The position numbers and the translations under genes are program-made. Shown piece after piece: positions 45,255 to 55,691 of a stretch of DNA of 64,000 nt (position 1 is its first letter; each line of letters begins with the position of its first letter). The stretch comes from an uncultured Alistipes sp. (GTDB taxonomy: Bacteria > Bacteroidota > Bacteroidia > Bacteroidales > Rikenellaceae), in contig CASDZP010000002.1 in NCBI GenBank assembly GCA_949285535.1, positions 100,054-164,053 of the forward strand, written 5' to 3'. The notes under the pieces are model-generated. The model made no database searches and was not told where the DNA came from. It was given only the letters and a program-made list of their open reading frames with translations.

Positions 45255-46439
45255 CTACTCTGCCGAACCGCGTTTCAATGTCAGTACCGTAAGTTCGGGC
45301 CATGCACCTACTCTTATCGGAACAATATACCCTATTCCCTCCGACACATAAAGCGCGCGTCCGTTATGTTTATATAGACCGCTCCATTCGGGATAACGTG
45401 ATGAGGCGGGCGATAGATTGCCTATCTTGAACTGCATCGCGTGCGTATGTCCCGAAAGTGTCAAATCGACAAACAGCGGCGAATCACGCACCTCATCGTG
45501 CCAATATCTCGGATTGTGCGACAGGAATATGACAAACTTCGAGGTATCCGCTCCGCGTATCGCTTTTTTAAAATCGCCGTACTTCGGAAATGGATATTCT
45601 CCCCAGTTCTCGACACCTACAACGGTAACGGTATCGTTTCCGCGCACAATAATGTCGTTCTCATTTTCCATCAACCTCCACCCGACCGAGTCGATAAGCT
45701 TACGAAGACGCAAAAGGTCGTTATCTCTCAAAGAGTCGTTGGCGTAGCGTTGATAGGTACAATAGTCATGGTTACCCAAGACGGCGAATGTTCCGTCCTT
45801 TCCCTTCATACGTTCCAAAAAACTCTCGAAACCTTTTGTCTCACTGAATGTACGGTTAATCAGGTCACCCGTGAACATCACCACATCGGGGTTTTGCGCC
45901 TCTACCAGCTCCGCCACGCGTTCCACCTCTTCGGGCGAACTTCGCCAACTGCCTAAATGCAAGTCAGACACCTGCACTATTCTATAACCGTCGAAAGCGG
46001 CGGGAATCCTGTCGGAAACAATCTCCACATTCTTGACCGTAAAGCGTGACAACCCCCACACATAACCGTATATGCCGACGGACGCCGTCACTATGGACAA
46101 AGCGATACCGAGTATCGTGAGCGGTCTGTGGTCGGAGTGCGTAAGCCATTGCATCAGCTTGTTGAGCAACGAGAATACCGCGAAAACGAATTTCGAGACA
46201 AAGCATATCAACAGAAATATAACCAGATGATCCTCAAAATCTACAATCGTCCCGAAAAGCTGTCTGAAATTGATTTTGAGATACAACCCCGCCACAAAGA
46301 ACATCGATATCAAAAGCGGCAGGAACCACAACATCTTGTATATGGGTCTCATCCTGACGGGCTTGACGTAATATTGATAGATATACAAATCCACGAGCAG
46401 CGTGGCGAGCGTCAGCATGAGAGACATGAATTTGAACAT
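45255..46439 (-). CDS. membrane-anchored metallophosphoesterase
   Basis: 394 aa with N-terminal TM helices, then the phosphoesterase motifs QVSDLHLG, GDLIN, GNHD and GHTH. Confidence 0.8.
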   Translation of the reverse strand: MFKFMSLMLTLATLLVDLYIYQYYVKPVRMRPIYKMLWFLPLLISMFFVAGLYLKINFRQLFGTIVDFEDHLVIFLLICFVSKFVFAVFSLLNKLMQWLTHSDHRPLTILGIALSIVTASVGIYGYVWGLSRFTVKNVEIVSDRIPAAFDGYRIVQVSDLHLGSWRSSPEEVERVAELVEAQNPDVVMFTGDLINRTFSETKGFESFLERMKGKDGTFAVLGNHDYCTYQRYANDSLRDNDLLRLRKLIDSVGWRLMENENDIIVRGNDTVTVVGVENWGEYPFPKYGDFKKAIRGADTSKFVIFLSHNPRYWHDEVRDSPLFVDLTLSGHTHAMQFKIGNLSPASSRYPEWSGLYKHNGRALYVSEGIGYIVPIRVGAWPELTVLTLKRGSAE

Positions 46440-46507
46440 AGGCGAAAAGTTTAAAAAAAGCCCAATGTCGTGAACATTGAGCTTTTTCGTTATGATAATC
46501 GTTTCGT

Positions 46508-47251
46508 TTAGCAGTTCATACCGCCGCAGACATTGATTACCTGTCCCGTCACATAAGACGAAAGGTCTGAAGCGAGGAAGAGCGCCACTTTGGCGATATC
46601 TTCGGGCTGACCGCCTCTGCGGAGGGGGATTTTTTTAGCCCACTCTTCACGTACGTTTTCGGGAAGAGCGCCTGTCATCTCGGTGATGATGAAACCGGGA
46701 GCGATTGCGTTAGAACGGATACCGCGAGAACCGAGTTCCTGTGCTATCGACTTGGTGAAACCGATGATACCGGCTTTTGAAGCCGAGTAGTTGCTCTGAC
46801 CCGCGTTACCTGACACACCGACAACAGAGCTCATGTTGATGATTGAACCGCCTGTTTTGAGCATGTATTTCTGAACGGCTTTGGTGAGGTTGAAGACAGA
46901 TTTGAGGTTCACCTTCAAAACCAAATCCCACTGCTCTTCGCTCATGCGGAGAAGAAGAGAGTCACGTGTGATACCCGCGTTGTTTACAAGAACGTCGATA
47001 TGACCGAACTCTTTGGCAACGGTGTCGATGAATTCGACTGACTGCGCGAAGTCGCTCGCGTCAGAAACGTAACCTTTGGCTCTCACGCCATAAGCCTGAA
47101 GCTCTTTTTCGGTATTTTTGAAGTTTTCGTCTTCTTTGAGGTCTGTGAACACCACGTCGGCGCCTTCGCTTGCGAAGCAGAGAGAGATTGCTTTACCGAT
47201 ACCGCGAGCACCGCCTGTTATGATGGCAACTTTGCCTTCGAGTAGTTTCAT
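46508..47251 (-). CDS. fabG: 3-oxoacyl-ACP reductase
   Basis: 247 aa SDR with TGGARGIG, NNAG and YSASK motifs. The overall match to FabG is typical. Confidence 0.9.
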   Translation of the reverse strand: MKLLEGKVAIITGGARGIGKAISLCFASEGADVVFTDLKEDENFKNTEKELQAYGVRAKGYVSDASDFAQSVEFIDTVAKEFGHIDVLVNNAGITRDSLLLRMSEEQWDLVLKVNLKSVFNLTKAVQKYMLKTGGSIINMSSVVGVSGNAGQSNYSASKAGIIGFTKSIAQELGSRGIRSNAIAPGFIITEMTGALPENVREEWAKKIPLRRGGQPEDIAKVALFLASDLSSYVTGQVINVCGGMNC

Positions 47252-47295
47252 GATTTACTTTATGAATTTGATTAATTGCCCAAATATAAGCAAAA

Positions 47296-49506
47296 TTATT
47301 TAGATACAAAATGTTTTTGCGCTTTCAGCAGGTTTCTCGACTGGAGAATCATCGTCTTGGTCTCGCTTATGATGTCGAGATAGAGCATGCTGGTTCGTGT
47401 CGATGTATCGCCCGTTTTGATTCGTGCAATCTGTCGTTTTATCACCTGCGCGAACTCTTCGAAGAGAGAGTCTCTCAAATGGAGGGTCTGGTCTATCTTG
47501 GTGTAATCGTTATCCTTGAGCATGTGTATTATCATGCCGTAGATGATTGATACCTTATCCTCTATCTCTTTAAGGTCGCTGATTTGTTCTTCGCTGAAAC
47601 CGGTGTGGTTGTTGTCGATATGGTTGAAGCTCGGACGGGTGATGTGTACCAGCGCCTTTGTAACCTCGTTAACGTAATCGACAACCTGCACATAATAGTG
47701 ACCCGTGCTTATATAGTTCTCGCTCAACGCGGAGAGGGTGTTGTAAACGGCATATTTACGTTTGTGCGCCTCCTCATAAAGCGCCTCCGACTCTTTAACC
47801 ATATTTTTGAGCAGTCGGCGGTCTTCGGTGAAGATACCGGTCAGGGTCTGGTCGTAAACCGACATGACCTTCTGCATGGTCTGTGTAATCTCATTACCGC
47901 ATGCGTTGATTATGTCTTTGTCTAGAAGCACATCCGAATCGGCAGTTGTCTCGCTCTCTTTGCTGCGACGTTTGTGGATAACGTTGCTCTGGAAGAGCAG
48001 GAAGATGCAGACGAGCGTCATGGCGGCTATGGCTATCTTACCGCCGAACACCAATATGGTGGCTACGATGAAAGCGACCGTAAAGGCGATGAACGCAGTA
48101 AGGAACCAACCCGAAATAACGGTCAGCACACCCGTGATTCGATATACAGCAGACTCGCGTCCCCATGCTCTGTCGGCGAGCGACGAACCCATGGCGACCA
48201 TGAATGTCACGTATGTGGTTGAGAGGGGGAGTTTGAATGATGTAGCTGTCGAGATGAGCAGAGATGCTACGGTCAGATTGACGGTGGCACGTATAAGGTC
48301 GAATGAAGCGCCGTTTTCATATTCGCCCTCGATAGGCTCAAAACGTTTAGAGATATAGTTTCTCACACGGGCGGGAGTGATACGGTCGAGTTTCTTGTTG
48401 AAATCGACGGCGGCTCTCACGATGCTTCGAGAAACCAATGACGAACCGAAACGTTCAGATCCGCCCGACTCCTGACGGGCAAGGTTCACCTCTGTCTCGG
48501 TAACGCTCTGCGCCTTTTTAGAGAACCAGAGTGTGAGTGTCATCACGATACCCGCAATCATCAGAATCAGCATATTGGCGTGTACGGGTTTGGTCAGGTC
48601 ACCCATCAACATGTTCACATCGCCTGTCGCCGAAGCTATCTTATAAGAGTCGAAGCCCGCCATGAACACGCCGATGAAGTTCACAAGGTCGTTACCCGCA
48701 AATGCCAGCGCGAGAGAGAATGTACCCGCAAGAACGGTTATCTTGAGGATATTGACTTTGAAAAGATGCTGTACGATAGCCATAATTACCGTCCATGCGA
48801 CAATCATTACCGCTACAACGGCTCCGATATTGTCCGAGATAGCGCTCATAGTCTCGGCTGAGATTATGGTCGTGCCTTTCAGACCTTTGAATATGGCGAA
48901 ATAAGTGATTGCCGTAAGACCGAGACCGCACCAAAGAGCACCTATATAACGGAATGTCTTGTGATAGCGGAACGAGAATATCACTCGTGTTATGTACATT
49001 ATCACGCTACCGAACACAAACGCCACCACCACGGAGATAAGGATACCCGAGATTATACCGAGGGCGTTTGTTGCGTTGATGTAGTTGGACAATCTTTCCG
49101 TTCCGTCACCCGTCCAAATCTTCATGGCTGCGACAGCAACGGCAGAACCGAGCAATTCAAAGACCAGAGAGACAGTTGTAGAGGTGGGGAGACCGAATGT
49201 GTTGAACAGGTCGAGAAGAATCACATCGGTAAGCATCACGGCCAGGAAGAGCAGCATCACATCGCTGAAGGTGAACATGCTCGGGAAGAAGACCCCGCTT
49301 CGCGCAACCTCCATCATACCGCTTGAAAAGAGCGAACCGAGGATGATGCCGACCGAAGCGACTATCATGATGACATAACGCGGTGCCACCTTGGAGCCTA
49401 TGGCCGAGTTAAGGAAATTGGTTGCGTCGTTCGAGACACCGACAATCAGGTCAGAGACCGCCAAAGCAGCGAGAACGACGAGAATTACCGTAAAAACAGG
49501 ATCCAT
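47296..49506 (-). CDS. inorganic phosphate transporter (PiT/PHO4 family) with C-terminal cytoplasmic helical domain
   Basis: 736 aa from ATG 49506 (MDPVFTVILVV…GVSNDATNFLNSAIGS). The track ORF extends to 49578, but a TAAATTTG box lies inside that extension. Confidence 0.85.
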   Translation of the reverse strand: MDPVFTVILVVLAALAVSDLIVGVSNDATNFLNSAIGSKVAPRYVIMIVASVGIILGSLFSSGMMEVARSGVFFPSMFTFSDVMLLFLAVMLTDVILLDLFNTFGLPTSTTVSLVFELLGSAVAVAAMKIWTGDGTERLSNYINATNALGIISGILISVVVAFVFGSVIMYITRVIFSFRYHKTFRYIGALWCGLGLTAITYFAIFKGLKGTTIISAETMSAISDNIGAVVAVMIVAWTVIMAIVQHLFKVNILKITVLAGTFSLALAFAGNDLVNFIGVFMAGFDSYKIASATGDVNMLMGDLTKPVHANMLILMIAGIVMTLTLWFSKKAQSVTETEVNLARQESGGSERFGSSLVSRSIVRAAVDFNKKLDRITPARVRNYISKRFEPIEGEYENGASFDLIRATVNLTVASLLISTATSFKLPLSTTYVTFMVAMGSSLADRAWGRESAVYRITGVLTVISGWFLTAFIAFTVAFIVATILVFGGKIAIAAMTLVCIFLLFQSNVIHKRRSKESETTADSDVLLDKDIINACGNEITQTMQKVMSVYDQTLTGIFTEDRRLLKNMVKESEALYEEAHKRKYAVYNTLSALSENYISTGHYYVQVVDYVNEVTKALVHITRPSFNHIDNNHTGFSEEQISDLKEIEDKVSIIYGMIIHMLKDNDYTKIDQTLHLRDSLFEEFAQVIKRQIARIKTGDTSTRTSMLYLDIISETKTMILQSRNLLKAQKHFVSK

Positions 49507-49548
49507 ATAGTATTTTGTTTGGTTTCTGTAATCACAAAACAGCTTTCG

Positions 49549-49556
49549 CAAATTTA
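49549..49556 (-). promoter_or_regulatory. candidate -7 box (TAAATTTG) of the PiT gene
   Basis: The plus strand reads caaattta, 43 nt upstream of ATG 49506. Confidence 0.4.
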
Positions 49557-49631
49557 GTACAAATGCATAAAAAAACATTGTCCGACAACCATTGTTAACA
49601 TTAATTTAACAATCGATTATCGGACAATCGC

Positions 49632-50234
49632 TCACAATCGTTTGAGAGCCAGCCTTATCATATCCTCCACTTTAACATGGGGCGACTCGGACGCAATCTG
49701 CTTTATAACCTTCTCGGCGGCTGTCTTGTTGAATCCGAGCATGACAAGAGCCTTGAGCGCCTCGCTGACGGTCTGCATGTCTTCAGGAGTCGGCAGTGAC
49801 TCGACCAACGCCGCATCCTCTTTGGCTCCGAACGAGAGGGTCTTGTCACGAAGCTCAACGATTATCTTCTCTGCCGTCTTCGTGCCGAGCCCCTTCACCT
49901 TTTTCAGCATGGCGACATTGCCACTCGATATTATTCCGCCGAGTTCAGCGGTCGTATATGTCGAGAGAACCATGCGTGCGGTACCTCCGCCGACACCCGA
50001 AACTCCTACCAAAAGTCGGAAAAGCTCACGTTCTTTCTTGGTCGTGAAACCATAAAAGACGGGAAGTTCGTCTCTGACCATATATTGATGGACATACATT
50101 CGGACACTCTCCTTGTTTTCGAGTTCCTCATAGCTTTGCAGAGAGATATTGAAAATATACCCCACTCCTCCGCAATCGACAACCACGGTGGCGGGGGTCA
50201 GCTCCGCTATCTTTCCGTCGATATATTCGTACAT
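49632..50234 (-). CDS. ruvA: Holliday junction branch migration protein RuvA
   Basis: 200 aa (MYEYIDGKI…GVGYIFNISL…, HhH motifs). Confidence 0.95.
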   Translation of the reverse strand: MYEYIDGKIAELTPATVVVDCGGVGYIFNISLQSYEELENKESVRMYVHQYMVRDELPVFYGFTTKKERELFRLLVGVSGVGGGTARMVLSTYTTAELGGIISSGNVAMLKKVKGLGTKTAEKIIVELRDKTLSFGAKEDAALVESLPTPEDMQTVSEALKALVMLGFNKTAAEKVIKQIASESPHVKVEDMIRLALKRL

Positions 50235-50443
50235 AAAAACAGATTTACCGTAAACACAAAACAGACCGCAGAATCTTTCACCGCAACAAACGACAAAAAG
50301 CAGCGGGTCAATATCGAAGCAAAGATAGTCAAAAAAGAATCACAATAAAAAACAACGGCGCCATGAAATAACGTCACGCTACAAAACAGCCGTCTGCGAG
50401 TAAAAATAAACGAAAAGTTTTCGTCATTAAACAAATAATTTAA

Positions 50444-50451
50444 TACCTTTG
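50444..50451 (+). promoter_or_regulatory. candidate -7 box (TACCTTTG) upstream of the OmpH-family gene
   Basis: Matches TAnnTTTG. It implies a leader of about 130 nt. Confidence 0.35.
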
Positions 50452-50586
50452 TCGTCGTTGAGTCTCTTTTCGAACAAATCGTTACCAAAACAGAGCGTAA
50501 ACATTCACAAAGAGACATTGTCGCCATACCAAGCGACACCATATGTTTAGAATAATACGAACGAAAAAATAAAATTTTACAGACAC

Positions 50587-51234
50587 ATGAAACTTAAATT
50601 TATTCTTCCCTTGTTTTTTGCTTCGGCAATTGCCTTTTCATGCAAAAACGAACCCGCTGCAACAACCGTTTCAAAAAACGACTCAACAGCTGTAAAAGCT
50701 GCATTGAGCGGTAAAATCGCTTTCGTAAACAACGACACCCTTATAAACAACTACAAACTTTTCAAAGAGCTGTCGGCAAAACTCGAAAGCAAGAGCGACA
50801 AGGTAAGTCAGGAGCTTGAAAGCAAGAGCCGTTCGCTCCAGAGCCGTGCCAACCAGTTCCAGGAAAAGATAAACAAAGGTCTCGTTACACGCGCACAGGC
50901 GGAAGAACAGGGCATGAAACTCCAGAACGAGCAGCAGTATCTTCTCGACTACCGCAACAAAGTTCTCGGCGAATTGGAAGAGGAACAGGCGGTAATGTAC
51001 AACAACATCTGGAACAACATCATCGAATACCTCAACGAATACAACAAAACGCACAAATATGATTTGATTCTCAATCAGAACAGCGCTACAAACACCGTGT
51101 TGGTAGGAAATCCCGCAATGGACATCACCGCCGACATCGTTGAAGCCCTTAACAAAAAATTCGACGAGGACAAAGCCGCAGGTAAGCTCAACGACCTTCT
51201 CGGCATCGACGATAAAGCAAAAGCAAAAAAATAA
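50587..51234 (+). CDS. OmpH/Skp family periplasmic chaperone
   Basis: 215 aa with a signal peptide/lipobox (AFSC), a coiled-coil-rich body and a Lys-rich tail. Confidence 0.85.
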   Translation: MKLKFILPLFFASAIAFSCKNEPAATTVSKNDSTAVKAALSGKIAFVNNDTLINNYKLFKELSAKLESKSDKVSQELESKSRSLQSRANQFQEKINKGLVTRAQAEEQGMKLQNEQQYLLDYRNKVLGELEEEQAVMYNNIWNNIIEYLNEYNKTHKYDLILNQNSATNTVLVGNPAMDITADIVEALNKKFDEDKAAGKLNDLLGIDDKAKAKK

Positions 51235-51286
51235 AGATATAAACAGCTCACCACTCAACTCAACAAGTAGAGTCGGCACGAGAAAC

Positions 51287-51326
51287 AAAAAATCCACGGC
51301 ATCTGATATGTTGTGGATTTTTTATT
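51287..51326 (+). terminator. intrinsic terminator
   Basis: aaaaaatccac ... gtggatttttt. Confidence 0.75.
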
Positions 51327-51444
51327 TGTCCGCATGCGAAAAACGTTATTCCCCGCATGAAAAGGCAGATGTACGAACATTCCGACAAAGTCCGAAAAGT
51401 CCTCCGTAAATATCGTGCGACAGCCAAATAAAGGATTACGGCTG

Positions 51445-51474
51445 TTTGCCGATAAGAAAAAAAATGTATATTTG
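51445..51474 (+). promoter_or_regulatory. candidate promoter of the 68-aa ORF
   Basis: TTTG (51445-51448), an 18-nt spacer, then TATATTTG (51467-51474). Confidence 0.45.
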
Positions 51475-51544
51475 CAATCTAAAGCTTTCGGCTCGAAGAA
51501 TGGCTGTCACGCTTTTTATACAAATAAATGAGGGGAAATATTAA

Positions 51545-51751
51545 ATGTATTGTATTTTTTTGGATAAAGCGCAAAGTGTAGAATTGTGCGGTGTCGATAA
51601 CGATGCGTTTTCGCTGCTGGTTGACGGCACCTACTTTTATGTGACATCGGAAGATGTAATCTATCTGAGAAACTGTAATTTCGGTGAATTGATAAACAAA
51701 ACATTATCCCACTATAACGGTTACGACAAACGAAACGTAGTCGTAAGCTAA
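51545..51751 (+). CDS. hypothetical small protein (68 aa)
   Basis: ATG ORF bracketed by its own consensus-like promoter and a strong terminator. No family recognised. Confidence 0.45.
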   Translation: MYCIFLDKAQSVELCGVDNDAFSLLVDGTYFYVTSEDVIYLRNCNFGELINKTLSHYNGYDKRNVVVS

Positions 51752-51778
51752 CATCGAAAACAAAGCAACTTATAATAC

Positions 51779-51815
51779 AAAAGGTGGTTGAAGTCTTTTC
51801 AACCACCTTTTGTTT
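51779..51815. terminator. bidirectional terminator (small ORF / blc)
   Basis: 14-bp stem aaaaggtggttgaa / gtct / ttcaaccacctttt. Confidence 0.8.
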
Positions 51816-51842
51816 ATGACAGACATATCCAATACATCACAA

Positions 51843-52358
51843 TCAGTCCTGTTTTACTTTAAGAAGCAGAGATGTGTCGTACCCCCTCTTCTGCAAACGT
51901 GAAACAAGCTCGTTATATGTCTCTTCGGGCATCGTCGGTGTGCGGCTCATTATCCAAAGATATTTGTCACTGCTACTGCCTATTACCACATAGCGATATT
52001 CGGGGTCGAGTTCCATTATGTAATAGTCGGCATAAAACCACAGGAAGAACGACACTTCAAGTTTGCCCGGGTCGGACGGATTCGGTTGTCTCCCCTTCCC
52101 TTCCGCCTGTTTCAGTTCCCCGTTTTTAATACCTTCGTTCAGAACGCTTATCTTACCGTCGGGCTTAAGCGTATATGTGGCGGTAACGTTGGTCATCCCT
52201 TTTTCAAAAGAGGTCTCATAACGCGCTATCTCATACCATCGACCCATATATCGGGCAACATCAAGTGAATCGACAGTCGAATTGTCTATTGTCGATTCGG
52301 CTCCGGCAGCGCAGCCGTAAAGCCCGAAAGAACACAACAAAAGCAATAATTTCTTCAT
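51843..52358 (-). CDS. blc: bacterial lipocalin (Blc-like outer-membrane lipoprotein)
   Basis: 171 aa from ATG 52358 (MKKLLLLLCSFGLYGC lipobox; GRWYEIARY lipocalin motif). The track ORF extension to 52520 has no support. Confidence 0.85.
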   Translation of the reverse strand: MKKLLLLLCSFGLYGCAAGAESTIDNSTVDSLDVARYMGRWYEIARYETSFEKGMTNVTATYTLKPDGKISVLNEGIKNGELKQAEGKGRQPNPSDPGKLEVSFFLWFYADYYIMELDPEYRYVVIGSSSDKYLWIMSRTPTMPEETYNELVSRLQKRGYDTSLLLKVKQD

Positions 52359-52677
52359 GACGATGATGTTTTTATTGACTAAAACAAAACGCATGTCCGC
52401 AAAACCATTGCGCGGCATACATGCAAATATAACAAATAAGCCTGTTTTCGGCAAGGTATGGAAAGGATAAAATATTCTTTTTCGACAGACGACGCACACA
52501 GAGATTAAGGCAAACGACAAACAACTGTAAAATCAAAAATATTATTACCGCACGACAGACTAAAAAACAAAATACAAACGTTATAATGATAACTTTACGA
52601 ACTCTTTGAGACAACGGGTGAGACATGTCGTTTCCGCGTAAAACAGCGAATATCCGAATCAAAAATCAGATTATTTT

Positions 52678-52707
52678 TTTGAAAACGACAATTATTTTTT
52701 AACTTTG
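52678..52707 (+). promoter_or_regulatory. candidate rho promoter
   Basis: TTTG (52678-52681), an 18-nt spacer, then TAACTTTG (52700-52707), about 95 nt upstream of ATG 52802. Confidence 0.5.
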
Positions 52708-52801
52708 CCCGCATCGAAGGCGGGCTTCCGTTTCGCCTTATGTTTCCGACTGTCCGTATCGGACATTTGCCACCAAGATTTATATTGTCACAACAACCCA
52801 T

Positions 52802-54529
52802 ATGCAAGATTCTGCAACATTGAAAAAAAAGACTCTCGTAGAATTGCGTTCCATTGCCAAATCATTCGGCATGAAACGTGTCGAGAGCTTCAGAAAAGAC
52901 GAACTCATCGGTAAAATCATTGAATTTTCTTCGGCGATAGCCGAGAACCAAAACGACGAGGAGAGCGTAAAAAACAACAACGAAACATCTGCCGCAACCG
53001 TCGGAAAAGAGAACGCAGCCGTTTCTGAAAATACGCCCGAGACGGAAGTTCAGCCTCAGCGACGTCGCAGAGGCAGAATCCAACAGTCCCGAGTCTATTC
53101 GGCACAGCCAGAAGGCACCGCCACCTCTCACGAGAAGAGCAAAGGACGTAAGGAAAATGTTTCTGTCGCTGAAGAAAACACCGCTACCGAAGAGAAACGC
53201 ACCAATGTGCCGAATCCCCCCGCCATAGACATCGAGATAACGAAAAAACGTCGTTTCGAACGTCAGCAACAGCAACAGCAGCAGAAAGAGCCTAAAGAGA
53301 GGACACAGCAGAAACAGACATATCGTAACAATAACGACAGCGCGTCAACCGAACAGTCGGCACAGTCTGCCGAGCAGGAGACGGAAAGACGTCAACCGAC
53401 ACGCGAAGAGTATCTCGGCGTAGTCAAAAGCGAAGGAGTACTTGAAATATTGCAGGACGGATACGGATTTTTGCGTTCGTCCGACTACAACTATCTGAAC
53501 TCTCCCGATGACATATATGTCTCTCCCTCGCAGATACGCACTTACGGTCTGAAACAGGGTGACACCGTGGCGGGCGAGATAAGACCTCCCAAAGAGGGCG
53601 AAAAATACTTCCCTCTCGTAAAGGTCGAAAGAGTAAACGGACTGCATCCCGAAGAGTTGCGTGACAGAGTGATGTTCGAATATCTCACTCCGCTATTCCC
53701 GCAGGAGAAGTTCGACATAACGAGCAACGGACACAACAACCTGTCAAACCGTGTAATCGACATGTTCGCGCCCATAGGCAAGGGACAGCGTGCGCTTGTG
53801 GTGGCACAGCCCAAAACGGGTAAGACAATGTTGTTGAAGTCGATAGCCAACGCGATAGCGGACAATCACCCCGAGGTATATATGATAATGTTGCTCATAG
53901 ACGAGCGTCCCGAGGAGGTGACCGACATGCAGCGTTCGGTAAAAGCGGAGGTTGTGGCGTCCACATTCGACGAACAGGCTGCTCGTCACGTGAAAGTGGC
54001 TGAAATGGTGCTTGAAAAGGCGAAAAGATTGGTCGAGTGCGGTCACGACGTAGTCATATTCCTCGACTCGATAACACGTCTGGCACGTGCCTACAATACG
54101 GTACAGCCCGCATCGGGTAAAGTTTTGTCAGGCGGTGTCGATGCCAACGCGCTTCATAAACCCAAACGTTTCTTCGGTGCCGCACGAAACACGGAAGAAA
54201 AAGGTTCGCTTACCATAATAGGTTCGGCTCTTGTGGATACAGGTTCAAAAATGGACGAGGTGATATTCGAGGAGTTCAAGGGTACGGGTAACATGGAGTT
54301 GCAGCTCGACAGAAAATTATCCAACAAGCGTATATATCCCGCCGTTGACATTACGGCTTCCTCTACCCGTCGAGACGACCTGCTCATGAGCAAGGAGACT
54401 CTTCAGAAAACATGGATTATCCGCCGTCACCTTACCGACATGAATTCGGTCGAGGCAATGGAGCTGATAAAGAAGAAAATGGAAGAGACGGAAAGCAACG
54501 AGGAGCTTTTGCTCAAAATGAACCAATAA
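52802..54529 (+). CDS. rho: transcription termination factor Rho with about 165-aa low-complexity N-terminal insertion
   Basis: 575 aa. It has a Rho_N helix bundle ([14 protein letters not shown]), then an insertion with RRRRGR and QQQQQQQ tracts. A CSD-like RNA-binding domain ([16 protein letters not shown]) and the ATPase with Walker A (PKTGKT) follow. Confidence 0.95.
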   Translation: MQDSATLKKKTLVELRSIAKSFGMKRVESFRKDELIGKIIEFSSAIAENQNDEESVKNNNETSAATVGKENAAVSENTPETEVQPQRRRRGRIQQSRVYSAQPEGTATSHEKSKGRKENVSVAEENTATEEKRTNVPNPPAIDIEITKKRRFERQQQQQQQKEPKERTQQKQTYRNNNDSASTEQSAQSAEQETERRQPTREEYLGVVKSEGVLEILQDGYGFLRSSDYNYLNSPDDIYVSPSQIRTYGLKQGDTVAGEIRPPKEGEKYFPLVKVERVNGLHPEELRDRVMFEYLTPLFPQEKFDITSNGHNNLSNRVIDMFAPIGKGQRALVVAQPKTGKTMLLKSIANAIADNHPEVYMIMLLIDERPEEVTDMQRSVKAEVVASTFDEQAARHVKVAEMVLEKAKRLVECGHDVVIFLDSITRLARAYNTVQPASGKVLSGGVDANALHKPKRFFGAARNTEEKGSLTIIGSALVDTGSKMDEVIFEEFKGTGNMELQLDRKLSNKRIYPAVDITASSTRRDDLLMSKETLQKTWIIRRHLTDMNSVEAMELIKKKMEETESNEELLLKMNQ

Positions 54530-54552
54530 CGGTAACGCAACAATTAATATAC

Positions 54553-54589
54553 AAAAAGACATCGGAAAAGATAATCCGATGTCTTTTTT
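54553..54589. terminator. bidirectional terminator (rho / radical SAM gene)
   Basis: aaaaagacatcgg ... ccgatgtcttttt. Confidence 0.8.
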
Positions 54590-54663
54590 ATTCTCATGTT
54601 ACTTATTGTATCTTATCTTTAAGATGCTACCAACAATTTTAACAAATAAATTTTACAAACATA

Positions 54664-55632
54664 TTATTTTATTGCGGAATAAAGACACCCCTGATAAATA
54701 TCCCGTTCTTCAAGACGTTTTTCAAGCATGGTTATGAGCGTATTGTTGCGAATCATGCCCCAAGAGGGTCCTATATGGAAACGTGGCGGCGCCTCTCCCG
54801 CAAAACGTTCCACAACGATGTCGGGACGAAGACGGGCGAGAATGTCACAGAAAAAGTCGATGTATTCGTCACACTCGAAAAAGTGATAATTTTCGGGGTG
54901 CGCCAAATAGTCACGCTCCATTGTCGTGCCTCTGAACACCTGAAGCTGGTGGAATTTCACCGTATCGAGCGGCAAGGTGTTGATGACATCGACAGAATCG
55001 AGCATCTGCACCCTACTCTCTCCCGGAAGTCCGAAAATGAAATGCGCCCCTACATGAATGCCGCGTGATGCTGTCTGCTCAACGGCTTTTGCCGCACAGG
55101 CGAAATCGTGTCCCCGGTTTATAAGCCTCAACGTGGTGTCATAAACAGACTCGATACCGTACTCTATGACGATATAGTATTTTTCGGCAAGAGTAGCTAT
55201 ATAGTCGAGTTTGGCTTCATCGACACAGTCGGGACGAGTACCGATAACCAATCCCTTAATCCCCTCGACCGACAACGCCTCCTCATAAAGGGCTTTCAAT
55301 TCGTCAAGCGGCTTGTATGTATTTGAATATGCCTGAAAATATGCCAGAAATCCGCCCGCACGACGATAACGCCCGCCATGAAACTCTATTCCCTCCGCAA
55401 TCTGTTCCGACACGCTTTTTAAAGAGGTGCAATAAGAGGGGTTGAACGCATCGTTATTGCAATATGTACAACCGCCGACAGAGATTGTGCCGTCTCTGTT
55501 CGGACAGGTGAAACCCGCGTCTATTGTCACCTTCTGCATCCTCGACCCGAAAAGGCGTTTGAAGTATGACGCGTAACTGTTGTATCGGCGGGAATCTCCC
55601 CACGGATATATTTTATTCTCTTTTGAGTTCAT
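54664..55632 (-). CDS. TIGR01212-type radical SAM protein
   Basis: About 322 aa from ATG 55632 (MNSKENKIYPWG…). The Cys motif is CPNRDGTISVGGCTYC. The track start at 55641 is TTG. Confidence 0.85.
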   Translation of the reverse strand: MNSKENKIYPWGDSRRYNSYASYFKRLFGSRMQKVTIDAGFTCPNRDGTISVGGCTYCNNDAFNPSYCTSLKSVSEQIAEGIEFHGGRYRRAGGFLAYFQAYSNTYKPLDELKALYEEALSVEGIKGLVIGTRPDCVDEAKLDYIATLAEKYYIVIEYGIESVYDTTLRLINRGHDFACAAKAVEQTASRGIHVGAHFIFGLPGESRVQMLDSVDVINTLPLDTVKFHQLQVFRGTTMERDYLAHPENYHFFECDEYIDFFCDILARLRPDIVVERFAGEAPPRFHIGPSWGMIRNNTLITMLEKRLEERDIYQGCLYSAIK

Positions 55633-55691
55633 GACAAGCAAAAGTAGTCATTTTTTTTGTAACTTTACATCATAATTTTGTAACCGCGACA

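Noticed and set aside
52707-52725. Hairpin gcccgc/atcgaag/gcgggc as a rho leader attenuator.
   Set aside because: It begins at the last base of the predicted -7 box, so the predicted transcript would not contain the full stem.
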